Source: Nitrososphaeria archaeon (lineage in GTDB: Archaea; Thermoproteota; Nitrososphaeria; Geothermarchaeales; JDFR-13). From it: a stretch of DNA of 64,000 nt. Positions 8,369 to 17,269 of the stretch are shown piece by piece. A program made the translations under genes and the position numbers. The notes under the pieces are model-generated. The model was not told the origin of the DNA, did no database searches, and saw only the letters and a program-made list of their open reading frames with translations. The stretch spans positions 384,001 to 448,000 of the forward strand of contig JALWXN010000004.1 in the NCBI GenBank assembly GCA_027078545.1, in the 5' to 3' direction. The number at the start of each line of letters is the position of its first letter. Within the stretch, counting starts at the first letter, position 1.

Positions 8369-10194
8369 TTCCCCGGGCAGATATAGAGTCTATCCCATAT
8401 GTAGTGGGTCTCGCCGTCCTTATGCTCTACATCTATCTTCTACAGGTCTATGACGTTAGGAAGCGGTTTATAGAGTATCTTGGCCTAGTCCTCCTGGTTC
8501 TCGGCTCATTGGTTCCTGTGGGCTTCACCCTGTATAACCTGTGGAGCTTCAACCTGGAGTATAGCTATGTATTTAGCTATACCTACTCGGGTATGGAGCC
8601 GTTTGATAGGGCTGTTACCTCCCTATTCTCCATGCCTTGGGACGTGGCTATGCTGGCTGGGGTTTCGCTCTACATCGTGCTGAGGATACTCCTGTCGGGC
8701 TCCATGTATAGATCTGCCGTGAGGTCCGCATTATCGGCGTACCTCTTCTCACTCATGCCTCTCCTACTCGTCCCCATATTCTACCCCCCATTCGAGATCT
8801 ATGAGGATCTCGTGGCCCTGGATGGTATGGGGCTCCACCCCGTGGGTATAGATGGGGTGTTCCTCCTCGAGGCTGTATTGACGTATGTGGTTGTGGCTCT
8901 ACTCCTGGGGGCTGGGGGTCTAGGCCTGTATCTATGGAGGAACCCTGTGGATAGGGTCTACAGGGTCTCGAACACCCTTCTATACCTCGGGATATTCCTC
9001 GTTGCCCTCCTATACTTCCTGAGGATCTGGTTCAACCTCGTCTTTGGGGGTAGGGACAACTTCCTCAACTACACGAGTGTTGATGTGGCTATACTAACCC
9101 TCCTGGCCTCCTCCCTACTAGCCTATCAGGTTAGGCGGATAGCTGGTACGCGTGTCATTGGGGCTTCTGCCGTGGCTTCCTACCTGGTGGTGCTCTCTGC
9201 TATACTGCTTGTAGCGACCATCCATCCCGACGCCTTCTTCCCGTATAACAGTGTCTTGAACACGGGTGTCTACCTGGCTGTTCTCCTCTCCACCCTCTTC
9301 GTGGCGTCGTTCCCCGTTGGTAGGGAGATCTTTAGGAGGAGCTTCCTCCCATGGTTTAGTGAGAAGATGGAGGTCATGGTTAGGAGTGGCTCCGCCCTCC
9401 TCCTACTAGTCATCTCGGGGGCCTTCCTGATAGTCCTATTCAACCTCAGTATCTACTCCACCTTTGGTGAGGGCCTAGTAAGGATCTCAGAGGACTTCCT
9501 GGTCTCATCGGTCTTCCTACTCTCGATCTACCCGATGATCTCGATGATCGGTGAGTTGATAGCGCGTAGGTTCAACTCTATCAACGGCGTCATATTCGGG
9601 GTCTTCGGGATATACGCTGTCTTCGCCGGGGGCTTCAACAATAATATCTGGATTATCAGGGACTATGCCCCATACTTCTTCGTAGCCTCGATCCCGATAG
9701 GGATATTCCTGGGGTGGAGGTATAGGCACTACCCTGTGGCTAGGATCCTATTCTCACTCCTCTTCGGCCTACTACTCATTACCCAGGCCTTCTTCGTCAA
9801 GGGCCCGGCAACCGATGTTACTCAGGAGGAGCCGCTCGCCCTGGATGGGTTTACACTTAGGAATCCCAGCTTCAACGTAACCATTGTTAACGAGACTGTC
9901 TATCTAGAGCCGGGGTCCAACGAGTCTGTTGAGATGCTTAGTATTGAGGAGGCCCGTTTCGATGGTGGTGTTGTCCTGAGGAGATACTCCTTCAACGCTA
10001 GGGAGATAAGGTTTAGCCAAAATCTCCTCGTCGACTCCCCTCCATACATGTATGTCGTGGGGATGATAACGGGGAGTGAGGATAGGGTCTCGGTATATGC
10101 CTCGGAGGCTCTCTGGACTAGGGTCCTCTACCTCTTGATGCCCCTACTCCTCGTGGCCTATCTATACCTCGCCAGGAGGTTTGAGAGGTACTAG
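8365..10194 (+). CDS. Degenerate CcmF/NrfE-like polytopic membrane protein
   Basis: Many TMs; YSYVFSYT and PPF...DGMGLHP segments resemble CcmF, but the WGG.W.WDP.EN motif is eroded. Confidence 0.5.
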   Translation: MIPRADIESIPYVVGLAVLMLYIYLLQVYDVRKRFIEYLGLVLLVLGSLVPVGFTLYNLWSFNLEYSYVFSYTYSGMEPFDRAVTSLFSMPWDVAMLAGVSLYIVLRILLSGSMYRSAVRSALSAYLFSLMPLLLVPIFYPPFEIYEDLVALDGMGLHPVGIDGVFLLEAVLTYVVVALLLGAGGLGLYLWRNPVDRVYRVSNTLLYLGIFLVALLYFLRIWFNLVFGGRDNFLNYTSVDVAILTLLASSLLAYQVRRIAGTRVIGASAVASYLVVLSAILLVATIHPDAFFPYNSVLNTGVYLAVLLSTLFVASFPVGREIFRRSFLPWFSEKMEVMVRSGSALLLLVISGAFLIVLFNLSIYSTFGEGLVRISEDFLVSSVFLLSIYPMISMIGELIARRFNSINGVIFGVFGIYAVFAGGFNNNIWIIRDYAPYFFVASIPIGIFLGWRYRHYPVARILFSLLFGLLLITQAFFVKGPATDVTQEEPLALDGFTLRNPSFNVTIVNETVYLEPGSNESVEMLSIEEARFDGGVVLRRYSFNAREIRFSQNLLVDSPPYMYVVGMITGSEDRVSVYASEALWTRVLYLLMPLLLVAYLYLARRFERY

Positions 10195-11291
10195 GTTATG
10201 CTGCATATTGGTATCGCCATGTATTCGTGGTAGCCCACCACGACCCTGACTATCCGTGGAAACCTGGTGATCAGTCCTGGGTCGTCCAGGTCTATGTAGA
10301 GGCATCTCACACCTCTCAGTTTGGTTCTGGCCGATACTACTAGCATGTCTACCAGGGGGTCTATCTTGGTTAATACCCTCCCTGTTATGACCTGGTTGCC
10401 CCGGCCCAGGAGGAACCCGGTTCCGCCTACTGGTGATATGACTATCTTGACCCTGCCTTTTTCGGCGTGTCTCAGTATGGTCTCCTCATCTACGTCTCTG
10501 GCGGCTAGCCTGTTATCCCTGATTATGTCGAAGCCTAGGGGTGTATATGGGATCTCGAGTATCTCATGTATCTTCTTGACGGTTCTCCCGGGGCCGGTCA
10601 CGTAGTATGTGCTGGGCTCCATCTCCTCAACCACTGTCTGGGCAATACCCAGTAGCTCCTCCTCAGGCGCCTCTGTGAAGGCCTTCCCACCCTGTATATA
10701 CCCCTCTATCCTGGGGCACCTCACCTCGCAGTATCTACGTATCTCTAGTATGCCTCTCCGGTATAGATCCTCGTCCAGGTCTAGTACCTCGCATATGCCT
10801 ATCTCCGCCTCTCCCCTAGCCATGTATGCAGCTATAGCTGCGGCTGCCTCTGGGGATACGGCGAAGCATGGGCTATACATCTTCACCCCTGAGGGTACAC
10901 CTAGTACCGGTGTATCCCTCTCGAGGCCTCTACACACGTCCCTGGCTGTGCCGTCCCCACCCACGAAGACTATCAAGTCCACTAGGCCTGACAGTATCCT
11001 GGCCGTCTCCACTGTGTCCCTGGGGCTGGTGGGTTCGCCGGGGCTATACACTATCCTGTGGGGCATCCCTGTATCCCTGAGGTAGTCCCCACCCATTACG
11101 CCACTCGCCGTGTATATCTCGGCATCTATCCCGAGCCTGGCCAGCCTATCTATGAATCTCCTGGCCCTAAGGGGTGATACGGGCTTGGCCCCCCTCCTCA
11201 ACGCCTCGTGGTATAGGTTGTCGGTACCCTTTAGACCTACCCGTCCACCCATGCCTGCTATGGGGTTTACTATGAAGCCTATCCTCATCAC
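10191..11291 (-). CDS. ATP-NAD/AcoX kinase family protein (COG3199-like)
   Basis: IVNPIAGMGG..GLKGTD, GGDGTARD, GVKMYS, GRGNQ. Confidence 0.88.
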   Translation of the reverse strand: MMRIGFIVNPIAGMGGRVGLKGTDNLYHEALRRGAKPVSPLRARRFIDRLARLGIDAEIYTASGVMGGDYLRDTGMPHRIVYSPGEPTSPRDTVETARILSGLVDLIVFVGGDGTARDVCRGLERDTPVLGVPSGVKMYSPCFAVSPEAAAAIAAYMARGEAEIGICEVLDLDEDLYRRGILEIRRYCEVRCPRIEGYIQGGKAFTEAPEEELLGIAQTVVEEMEPSTYYVTGPGRTVKKIHEILEIPYTPLGFDIIRDNRLAARDVDEETILRHAEKGRVKIVISPVGGTGFLLGRGNQVITGRVLTKIDPLVDMLVVSARTKLRGVRCLYIDLDDPGLITRFPRIVRVVVGYHEYMAIPICSIT

Positions 11292-11340
11292 TACCTAACC
11301 GTCTATGTATCCCCTCTTACCGCTACGTGGCTGGGCCAAA

Positions 11341-11349
11341 TATTTAAAT
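11341..11349 (+). promoter_or_regulatory. TATA box of tRNA-Gln (divergent promoter region)
   Basis: TATTTAAAT about 30 nt upstream of the tRNA 5' end. Confidence 0.55.
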
Positions 11350-11378
11350 TCGGGGCTCCGCCGTAAATTATGATTGGT

Positions 11379-11492
11379 AGCCCCGTGGTGTAGCGGCCAA
11401 GCATGCCGACCCCCTATATGGGGGGTGTAGGGCTCTGGATCCCGGGGAGGAGATCCCCGGTGACCCCGGTTCGAATCCGGGCGGGGCTACCA
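11379..11492 (+). tRNA. tRNA-Gln(CTG) with two introns: 11409-11430 at position 29/30 and 11439-11454 at position 37/38; CCA encoded
   Basis: Acceptor AGCCCCG/CGGGGCT-ACCA, T arm CCCGG-TTCGAAT-CCGGG; removing both BHB-bounded introns gives anticodon arm CCGGG-CTCTGGC-CCCGG. Confidence 0.92.
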
Positions 11493-11497
11493 GACAC

Positions 11498-12367
11498 CTA
11501 TCTCCTCCTTAGTAGGTGTGAGGCGTCGCAGTACACGTCCTTGTCGTCTAGGTGTTCCAGCCCCTCTCTACAGGTTATGAAGGTCATTTCATATCTATGG
11601 GCTAGGCTCCTCGCCATCCTGAGTATCCCCTCCCTATAGGCGGTGGATGCGTATCTATATCCGTTTATCCTCGGGCCTCTATAGAGATCTCTATACACCT
11701 CTTGGAACCTCGGTATCGACTTAATCATCCTCCCTAGGTTGTCTGGCTTGGCCTTATAGACCGAGGAGACTATGTGTCTAGCGCCCTTCTCAGAGGCGCT
11801 TCTGATCAGCTCCTCCAGGTCTTCTGCCCTGTCGGTGACCCCTGGTATTATAGGGTCTATCCTCACCGCTATTGGTATACCCGCATCTGATAGTCTTGAT
11901 ACTGTCTCTAGCCTCTCCCTGGGGCTTGGGGCTCCTGGCTCCACCGCCCTGGCAATTTCCTCCCTATGGGTCGTGATGGTTATGGATACCGCTGTATCCA
12001 TCTCTGTGAGTATGTCGATATCCCTCTCTACGAGGTTGGACTTCGTCGTTATGAGTACTGGTACGCCATACTCCCTGAGTATCTTGAGTGTCTGCCTGGT
12101 GTAGCCATATATCTTCTCGAGTGGCTGGTATGGATCTGTGCTGAAGGATATTGCTATCGGGAGGCTATCCTCTAGGATCGCGACCTCCTTCTCAAGCCTC
12201 TTTAGGAAGTCTTTCTTGGGCCTTGGGTTGAAGCCCCTCGGTATATAGCTCGTTATGTAGCAGTATCTACACCCGTATTGGCAACCGGTGTATGGGTTTA
12301 GGCTGTACTTGGGTGGGCATGTGCATAGGCTGCTCCTCCACGGATCGAAGGGCTGTATAAGCCTCAT
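11498..12367 (-). CDS. Radical SAM protein, spore photoproduct lyase-like family (COG1533)
   Basis: LNPYTGCQYGCRYCY, STDPYQP, TTKS, RIDPIIPG. Confidence 0.88.
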   Translation of the reverse strand: MRLIQPFDPWRSSLCTCPPKYSLNPYTGCQYGCRYCYITSYIPRGFNPRPKKDFLKRLEKEVAILEDSLPIAISFSTDPYQPLEKIYGYTRQTLKILREYGVPVLITTKSNLVERDIDILTEMDTAVSITITTHREEIARAVEPGAPSPRERLETVSRLSDAGIPIAVRIDPIIPGVTDRAEDLEELIRSASEKGARHIVSSVYKAKPDNLGRMIKSIPRFQEVYRDLYRGPRINGYRYASTAYREGILRMARSLAHRYEMTFITCREGLEHLDDKDVYCDASHLLRRR

Positions 12368-13329
12368 ATGTATTCCTCCCTCCTCACGATGTTCCTAGGC
12401 TGCTCACCCATCAGGAATCTCCTCAGGTTCTCCAGTGCGTGTCTCAGGAGCTTCTCCCTGTAGCCGGGCCATGTACCCGCTACGTGGGGGGTCATAACCA
12501 TGTTCTCGAGTAGGTGGAAGGGGAGGTCCTGGAAGGTCTCCTCCCCCCTCCTCTGGGGGTATACCCACCAGACGTCTAGGGCTGCCCATAGCCTACCCCT
12601 ACTCAGCTCGTCGAAGAGGGCCTCCTCCTCAATCACCGGTCCACGCCCAACATTCACCACCACGGCTCCATGCCTAAGCCTCCTGAGGACCTCCCTGTCT
12701 ATGGCTCCCCTCGTCTCCCTGGTCAGGGGTAGTGCTATTACGAGGAAGTCTGTCTCGTGGAGTATCTCGAGGGCCTCATCAGGCTTAAGTATAGCGTCTA
12801 CATATTCGTCGCTCCCACCGCTCCTCCTGACCCCGTATATCCTCGGCTTGAAGGGCTTTAGACGCCTGGCTATCTCCCTCCCTATGGAGCCGTAGCCCCA
12901 TATCACTACTGTGGAGTCTCTGATTAGCCGGGGGTACTCCACCCTCCAGATGCCCTGCCTCATCTCCCTGTCTAGGAGGACTATCCTTTTCGCGGCTGCT
13001 AGTAGGAGGGCTACTGCGTACTCGGCCACCTCCTCGGCGTTGGCTCCCGAGTTTGAGGCTACCACGGCCTTCTCCGGGAGGTCTTGGAAGGGTATGTTGT
13101 CTACGCCAGCGGCAAGTGTCTGTATGAATCTTAGGTTTCTGGCCCGCCTCAAAATCTCCCTTACCAGTGGGTTCCGGGCCGTTGCTACGAGGGCTGCCAC
13201 TGCCTCCTCGGCCTCATCGCCTATACCGTCGTCTATGTAGAGTGGCTCCGCCAGGCCTCCTATATACTCCTCGACCAGCCTCCTCTCATCCTGGCCGAGT
13301 CTCCTAACGAGTATCAGTACCCTGGGCAT
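12364..13329 (-). CDS. D-isomer-specific 2-hydroxyacid dehydrogenase
   Basis: GYGSIG, LPLT.ETRG, VNVGRG, ALDVWW, TPHVAG. Confidence 0.92.
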   Translation of the reverse strand: MPRVLILVRRLGQDERRLVEEYIGGLAEPLYIDDGIGDEAEEAVAALVATARNPLVREILRRARNLRFIQTLAAGVDNIPFQDLPEKAVVASNSGANAEEVAEYAVALLLAAAKRIVLLDREMRQGIWRVEYPRLIRDSTVVIWGYGSIGREIARRLKPFKPRIYGVRRSGGSDEYVDAILKPDEALEILHETDFLVIALPLTRETRGAIDREVLRRLRHGAVVVNVGRGPVIEEEALFDELSRGRLWAALDVWWVYPQRRGEETFQDLPFHLLENMVMTPHVAGTWPGYREKLLRHALENLRRFLMGEQPRNIVRREEYI

Positions 13330-13404
13330 CTCGCCACATATTCCTGATTCCCCTGGGGAGATATATCATGTAGGCTTTATCCCCTGTCCCGGGGTATTCC
13401 TCCT

Positions 13405-14283
13405 ATGATGAGGATAAGTTTCTACTCGGGTGAGAGCCTAGGCACCCGTGGAATGGCCACCCTCGTGGAGACCCGTGGACTGAGGATATTCATCGATCCA
13501 GGTGTGGCCCTGGGGCCTAGGAGGTATGGCCTCCCACCCCATAGGCTGGAGCTTGAGGCTAAGGAGGAGCAGTGGAGACGGATAGTGGAGGCCGCCTCGA
13601 GGGCCGATGTGGTTGTGGTTACACATTATCATTACGACCATCACAACCCGTGGAGCTCTGTGGCGGAGGTATATGGGGATAAGGATGTCTATATCAAGGA
13701 TTATCAGAACAATATTAATCCCAGCCAGATCAGGAGGAGTAGGTTCTTCCTCCATAGGCTTGAGGAGGAGGGTGTGGATATCTCCCGTGTAAGGGTGGCG
13801 GACAATAGTAGTGTGGAGTATGGAGGGGTTAGGATAGTCTTCAGCCCACCCTTCTACCACGGCGACTCACCCAAGCTAGGCTATGTGGTGATGGTCCTGG
13901 TGGATGATGGTGATAGGAGGCTCCTCTACACCAGTGATGTGGAGGGCCCCATGTATAGTGAGCCCCTGAGATACATCCTCTCCACCGAGGCGGATATAGT
14001 GGTGCTTGACGGGCCCCCTACATATCTGGCGAGCTATGACGAGTCGGTGATTGGGGAGGCCCTACGGAATGTCTCGCTCATCCTTAGGCAGGAGTGGCTA
14101 GAGACGCTTATCCTTGAGCACCACTTCCTGAGGGATAAGAGGTATGGGGAGTATCTATCGATGATCGAGGGGTATGGAGAGTATGGATACAAGGTTATGT
14201 GCTTCGCCGAGTATATGGGGTGGGAGCCCAGGTTTTTAGAGATGTATCGTGACGAGTTATATAGTGGGGAGGGTGGAGAGTAA
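13405..14283 (+). CDS. MBL-fold metallo-hydrolase, UPF0282 family
   Basis: ESLGTRGMAT, IDPGVALGPRRYGLPPH, THYHYDHH, SDVEGP, LEHHFLRD. Confidence 0.9.
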   Translation: MMRISFYSGESLGTRGMATLVETRGLRIFIDPGVALGPRRYGLPPHRLELEAKEEQWRRIVEAASRADVVVVTHYHYDHHNPWSSVAEVYGDKDVYIKDYQNNINPSQIRRSRFFLHRLEEEGVDISRVRVADNSSVEYGGVRIVFSPPFYHGDSPKLGYVVMVLVDDGDRRLLYTSDVEGPMYSEPLRYILSTEADIVVLDGPPTYLASYDESVIGEALRNVSLILRQEWLETLILEHHFLRDKRYGEYLSMIEGYGEYGYKVMCFAEYMGWEPRFLEMYRDELYSGEGGE

Positions 14284-14285
14284 CT

Positions 14286-16019
14286 GTGACCTATGTCAAG
14301 GAGGTCATCCTAGAGAACTTCATGTCCTATGAATATGCCCGTATACCCCTCTCCAGGGGCCTAAACATAATAACTGGGCCCAACGGGGCGGGTAAGTCTA
14401 CCATACTCCTAGGCATATCTATAGCCATGGGTCAGAGCCATACGGAGAGGGGTAGGAGGCTCTCAGACCTTATAAGGATAGGTAGGGATGTGGCCAGGGT
14501 CTCGATAGTTCTCGACAATAGGGAGGTGGATGGGCGCCGACCATTCCCGGGGATCAGGTCTGACGAGGTTGTCTTCACCAGGATTATCAGGAGTGATGGG
14601 AACTATCTTTATGAGGTTAACTATAGGGCCTCCTCCAAGGCCGAGGTTAGGTATCTCCTCGGCTCGGTGGGCATCAATCCTGACAATATACTCATCATAA
14701 TGCATCAGAACATGATCGAGAGCTTCAACTTCATCGATAGTAGGGAGAAGGTTAAGCTGTTTGAGGAGGCCCTGGGGATCTCGGGCCTGAGGAGTAGGAT
14801 TGTGGAGGCTAGGGAACGGCTGGCCAGGATAGCTAGTGAGGAGGAGGCTGTTAGGAGGCGTTTCCGGGACGTGGAGAGCCTTATGGAGAAGTGGAGGGAG
14901 ATGTATAGGAGGTGGGAGGAGAAGAGGGGCCTGATCAATGAGCTGAGCCGTCTAGAGGCTATGTATGCATGGGGCAGGGTCAGGAATATGGAGGCCGAGC
15001 TGAACAGCCTGAGGGATCTCGAGAGTAGGCTGAGGGACGAGAAGGCAGGTCTCGAGGAGGAGGTCTCGAGGCTTAGGCTCAGCCTCAGGGAGCTGGAGGA
15101 GGATCTTAAGCATCTCTACGCCGTGGTTAGGGACTCCTTCAGGGAGCCCGGTGGGAATCCAGGCCTTATAGACGAGTTGATAGGTAGGATTGATGGGCTG
15201 AGGCTTAGGTATGGCGATCTCAGGGCTTCTGAGGCGGTGAAGACCTATAGGATCGAGGTGTTGGAGAGGGAGCTCCATGAGCTTGGGGAGAGGATTAGGA
15301 GGGCTGAGGGGGAGGCGAGGCTACTGAGGATGGAGGCCTCACGATACCCGGAGATATATCCTGAGAAGCCCCTCTCAGAGATCCTCGGGGAGATAAGGGC
15401 GGTGAAGAAGATGTTGGAGAAGTACGGCGATGTAGATGAGACTGCCGCTGCCTCCTACGAGTATTACAGGAGGCTCTATGAGGAGTATAGGGAGAGGCTT
15501 GAGGAGATTGTTGAGAATAGGGATCGGCTGTATAAGGAGCTGGAGAGGCGTGTCAAGAGGTGGAGGGAGGAGCTTGAGAAGTACGTCTCACGGGTCTCCG
15601 ACGAGTTTAACAGGATCCTAGCCAGGTTCGGGGCAACCGGCTATGCCAGGCTGGAGGATCCGGAGGATATTGAGACGGCCCGTCTAGAGATATATGTAGG
15701 CTATGGAGGGGCCACGCCTACGCTACTCGACGCCTATAGGCAGAGTGGTGGTGAGCGTACAGTTGCTGCGATGGCCTTCCTCCTAGCTATGCAGAGGCTC
15801 GTCAAGTCTCCCTTCAGGGCTGTCGACGAGTTCGATGTCCATATGGATCCTAGGAATAGGGCTAGGGTGATGGAGCTCCTCATGGAGTATATGTCGAGTG
15901 TGGGTGGGCAGTACCTAGTCATCACCCCCGGCTATATAGGGGACTATGTCCGTGACGCCCACGTCATAGTTGTCCAGAAGGTTGAGGGTAGGTCTGGGGT
16001 GGCGCTCTACAGTGAGTAG
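14286..16019 (+). CDS. Short SMC-family ATPase, Smc5/6-related (ClsN/Sph-like), no recognisable hinge
   Basis: Walker A GPNGAGKS, Q-loop, long coiled coil, signature QSGGE, Walker B/D-loop SPFRAVDEFDVHMD. Confidence 0.88.
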   Translation: MTYVKEVILENFMSYEYARIPLSRGLNIITGPNGAGKSTILLGISIAMGQSHTERGRRLSDLIRIGRDVARVSIVLDNREVDGRRPFPGIRSDEVVFTRIIRSDGNYLYEVNYRASSKAEVRYLLGSVGINPDNILIIMHQNMIESFNFIDSREKVKLFEEALGISGLRSRIVEARERLARIASEEEAVRRRFRDVESLMEKWREMYRRWEEKRGLINELSRLEAMYAWGRVRNMEAELNSLRDLESRLRDEKAGLEEEVSRLRLSLRELEEDLKHLYAVVRDSFREPGGNPGLIDELIGRIDGLRLRYGDLRASEAVKTYRIEVLERELHELGERIRRAEGEARLLRMEASRYPEIYPEKPLSEILGEIRAVKKMLEKYGDVDETAAASYEYYRRLYEEYRERLEEIVENRDRLYKELERRVKRWREELEKYVSRVSDEFNRILARFGATGYARLEDPEDIETARLEIYVGYGGATPTLLDAYRQSGGERTVAAMAFLLAMQRLVKSPFRAVDEFDVHMDPRNRARVMELLMEYMSSVGGQYLVITPGYIGDYVRDAHVIVVQKVEGRSGVALYSE

Positions 16020-16713
16020 GGAGGAGATATATGGCAGGATAGTGGATCTAGCGGCTAGGGTGGCGCGTGGGGAGCTCGACCCGCTGGAGGTTGAGATATC
16101 CACCCTCCTGGCGAGGATTGAGGAGGTGGATATTGAGAGGCTCCCAGTAGAGGTTTTTAGGCAGGATGTGGAGGCTATACATGGCCTCGCCCTTATCCTA
16201 GCTATGCAGAAGGATAGGATAAAGGCGTCGCTGGAGGGTCTGAGCCTCGACGCTCTGCTGGTTAAGACTATCATCCTCTCCCTGGGGGTGGAGGAGCTGG
16301 CGGACCTGTTGAGGGCTATACATAGGCCTGTCGCCGAGGTCTCGGTGATGACTGAGGAGTATCTTGCGGAGGCCCTGGCCTACTTCAGATCCGTGGTGAG
16401 GCCTGGCGGTCTGGTTGGTGGGGAGCCTGTGGAGGTTGAGCCGGAGGTCTTCCCCGAGGAGGATATTAGGCGTGACATGGAGGAGATGTGGAGGCGCCTC
16501 CTGGAGGAGTATGGTGAGGAGTGGATATCCTATGACGAGGTGGTTGGGGGCGATGTCTATAGGGCCTACCTGGTGAGCCACCTGGTTACCGAGGGTTATA
16601 TGGATATGAGGATGGACCGTGTGGCTGGAGAGGCATATTTACGTCCCCTTAGGAGGCGTCGGGAGCTCCGTAACCCGGCCTCTCTACCGGTGGTGGTTAG
16701 GCGTGGAGGGTGA
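16012..16713 (+). CDS. ScpA/kleisin-like protein
   Basis: N-terminal GELDPLEVEISTLL resembles ScpA DPWDIDI; C-terminal WH (AYLVSHLVTEGYMDM); overlaps the SMC stop. Confidence 0.6.
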   Translation: MSREEIYGRIVDLAARVARGELDPLEVEISTLLARIEEVDIERLPVEVFRQDVEAIHGLALILAMQKDRIKASLEGLSLDALLVKTIILSLGVEELADLLRAIHRPVAEVSVMTEEYLAEALAYFRSVVRPGGLVGGEPVEVEPEVFPEEDIRRDMEEMWRRLLEEYGEEWISYDEVVGGDVYRAYLVSHLVTEGYMDMRMDRVAGEAYLRPLRRRRELRNPASLPVVVRRGG

Positions 16714-17269
16714 TAGGAAGCTTCTTAGGGCTGCATATCTACTCCTCGTGAGGCGTAGGAGGTATCCGGGGGTTAGGGAGTGGGAGCTTGAGAAGTATCT
16801 GGGTAGGAATTATAGGGAGGTCCTGGATAGGCTTGGGGAGGAGCTGTCTAGGTTTGGCCTCGAGGTTAGGGAGGTCGTCCTGAAGGAGGGTGGTAGGGAG
16901 GTTAGACACTTCGTCGTAGTACCCGCTAGGACGGCTGTCCATATGGAGCTTGGTGTACCACCCTTCAGGGTTGACGAGGCGGCTGTACTTGCACTGGCTA
17001 TATCCATGATACTTGCGAGTAGTGGTGGCCGGGTCAAGAGGTCCGAGGTCGTGGAGCTGGCTAAGACGAAGCTCCCCGAGTATAGGGTTGAGCGTGCCCT
17101 GAACAAGTTTGTCAGGCTTGGGTATCTGAAGGAGGAGGATGACGACCTGCTGCTAGGCCTGAGGACGTATCTCGAGATGGATCTCGATAGGTTGGCGGCT
17201 ATCCTCGCCGGGAGGGCCGAAGCCTCTCGGCTAGGCGGCGACGCTTCAGCTCGAGAAGGATCTGGGTGA
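16703..17269 (+). CDS. Kite-like tandem winged-helix protein (ScpB/Nse1/Nse3-MAGE-like)
   Basis: EVLDRLGEELSRFGLEVREV..HFVVV (WH-A) and ALNKFVRLGYL..LLLGLRTYLE (WH-B); overlaps the kleisin-like gene. Confidence 0.55.
   Translation: MEGDRKLLRAAYLLLVRRRRYPGVREWELEKYLGRNYREVLDRLGEELSRFGLEVREVVLKEGGREVRHFVVVPARTAVHMELGVPPFRVDEAAVLALAISMILASSGGRVKRSEVVELAKTKLPEYRVERALNKFVRLGYLKEEDDDLLLGLRTYLEMDLDRLAAILAGRAEASRLGGDASAREGSG

Noticed and set aside
11403-11639. 78-aa ORF
   Set aside because: Overlaps tRNA-Gln and is antisense to the radical SAM gene.
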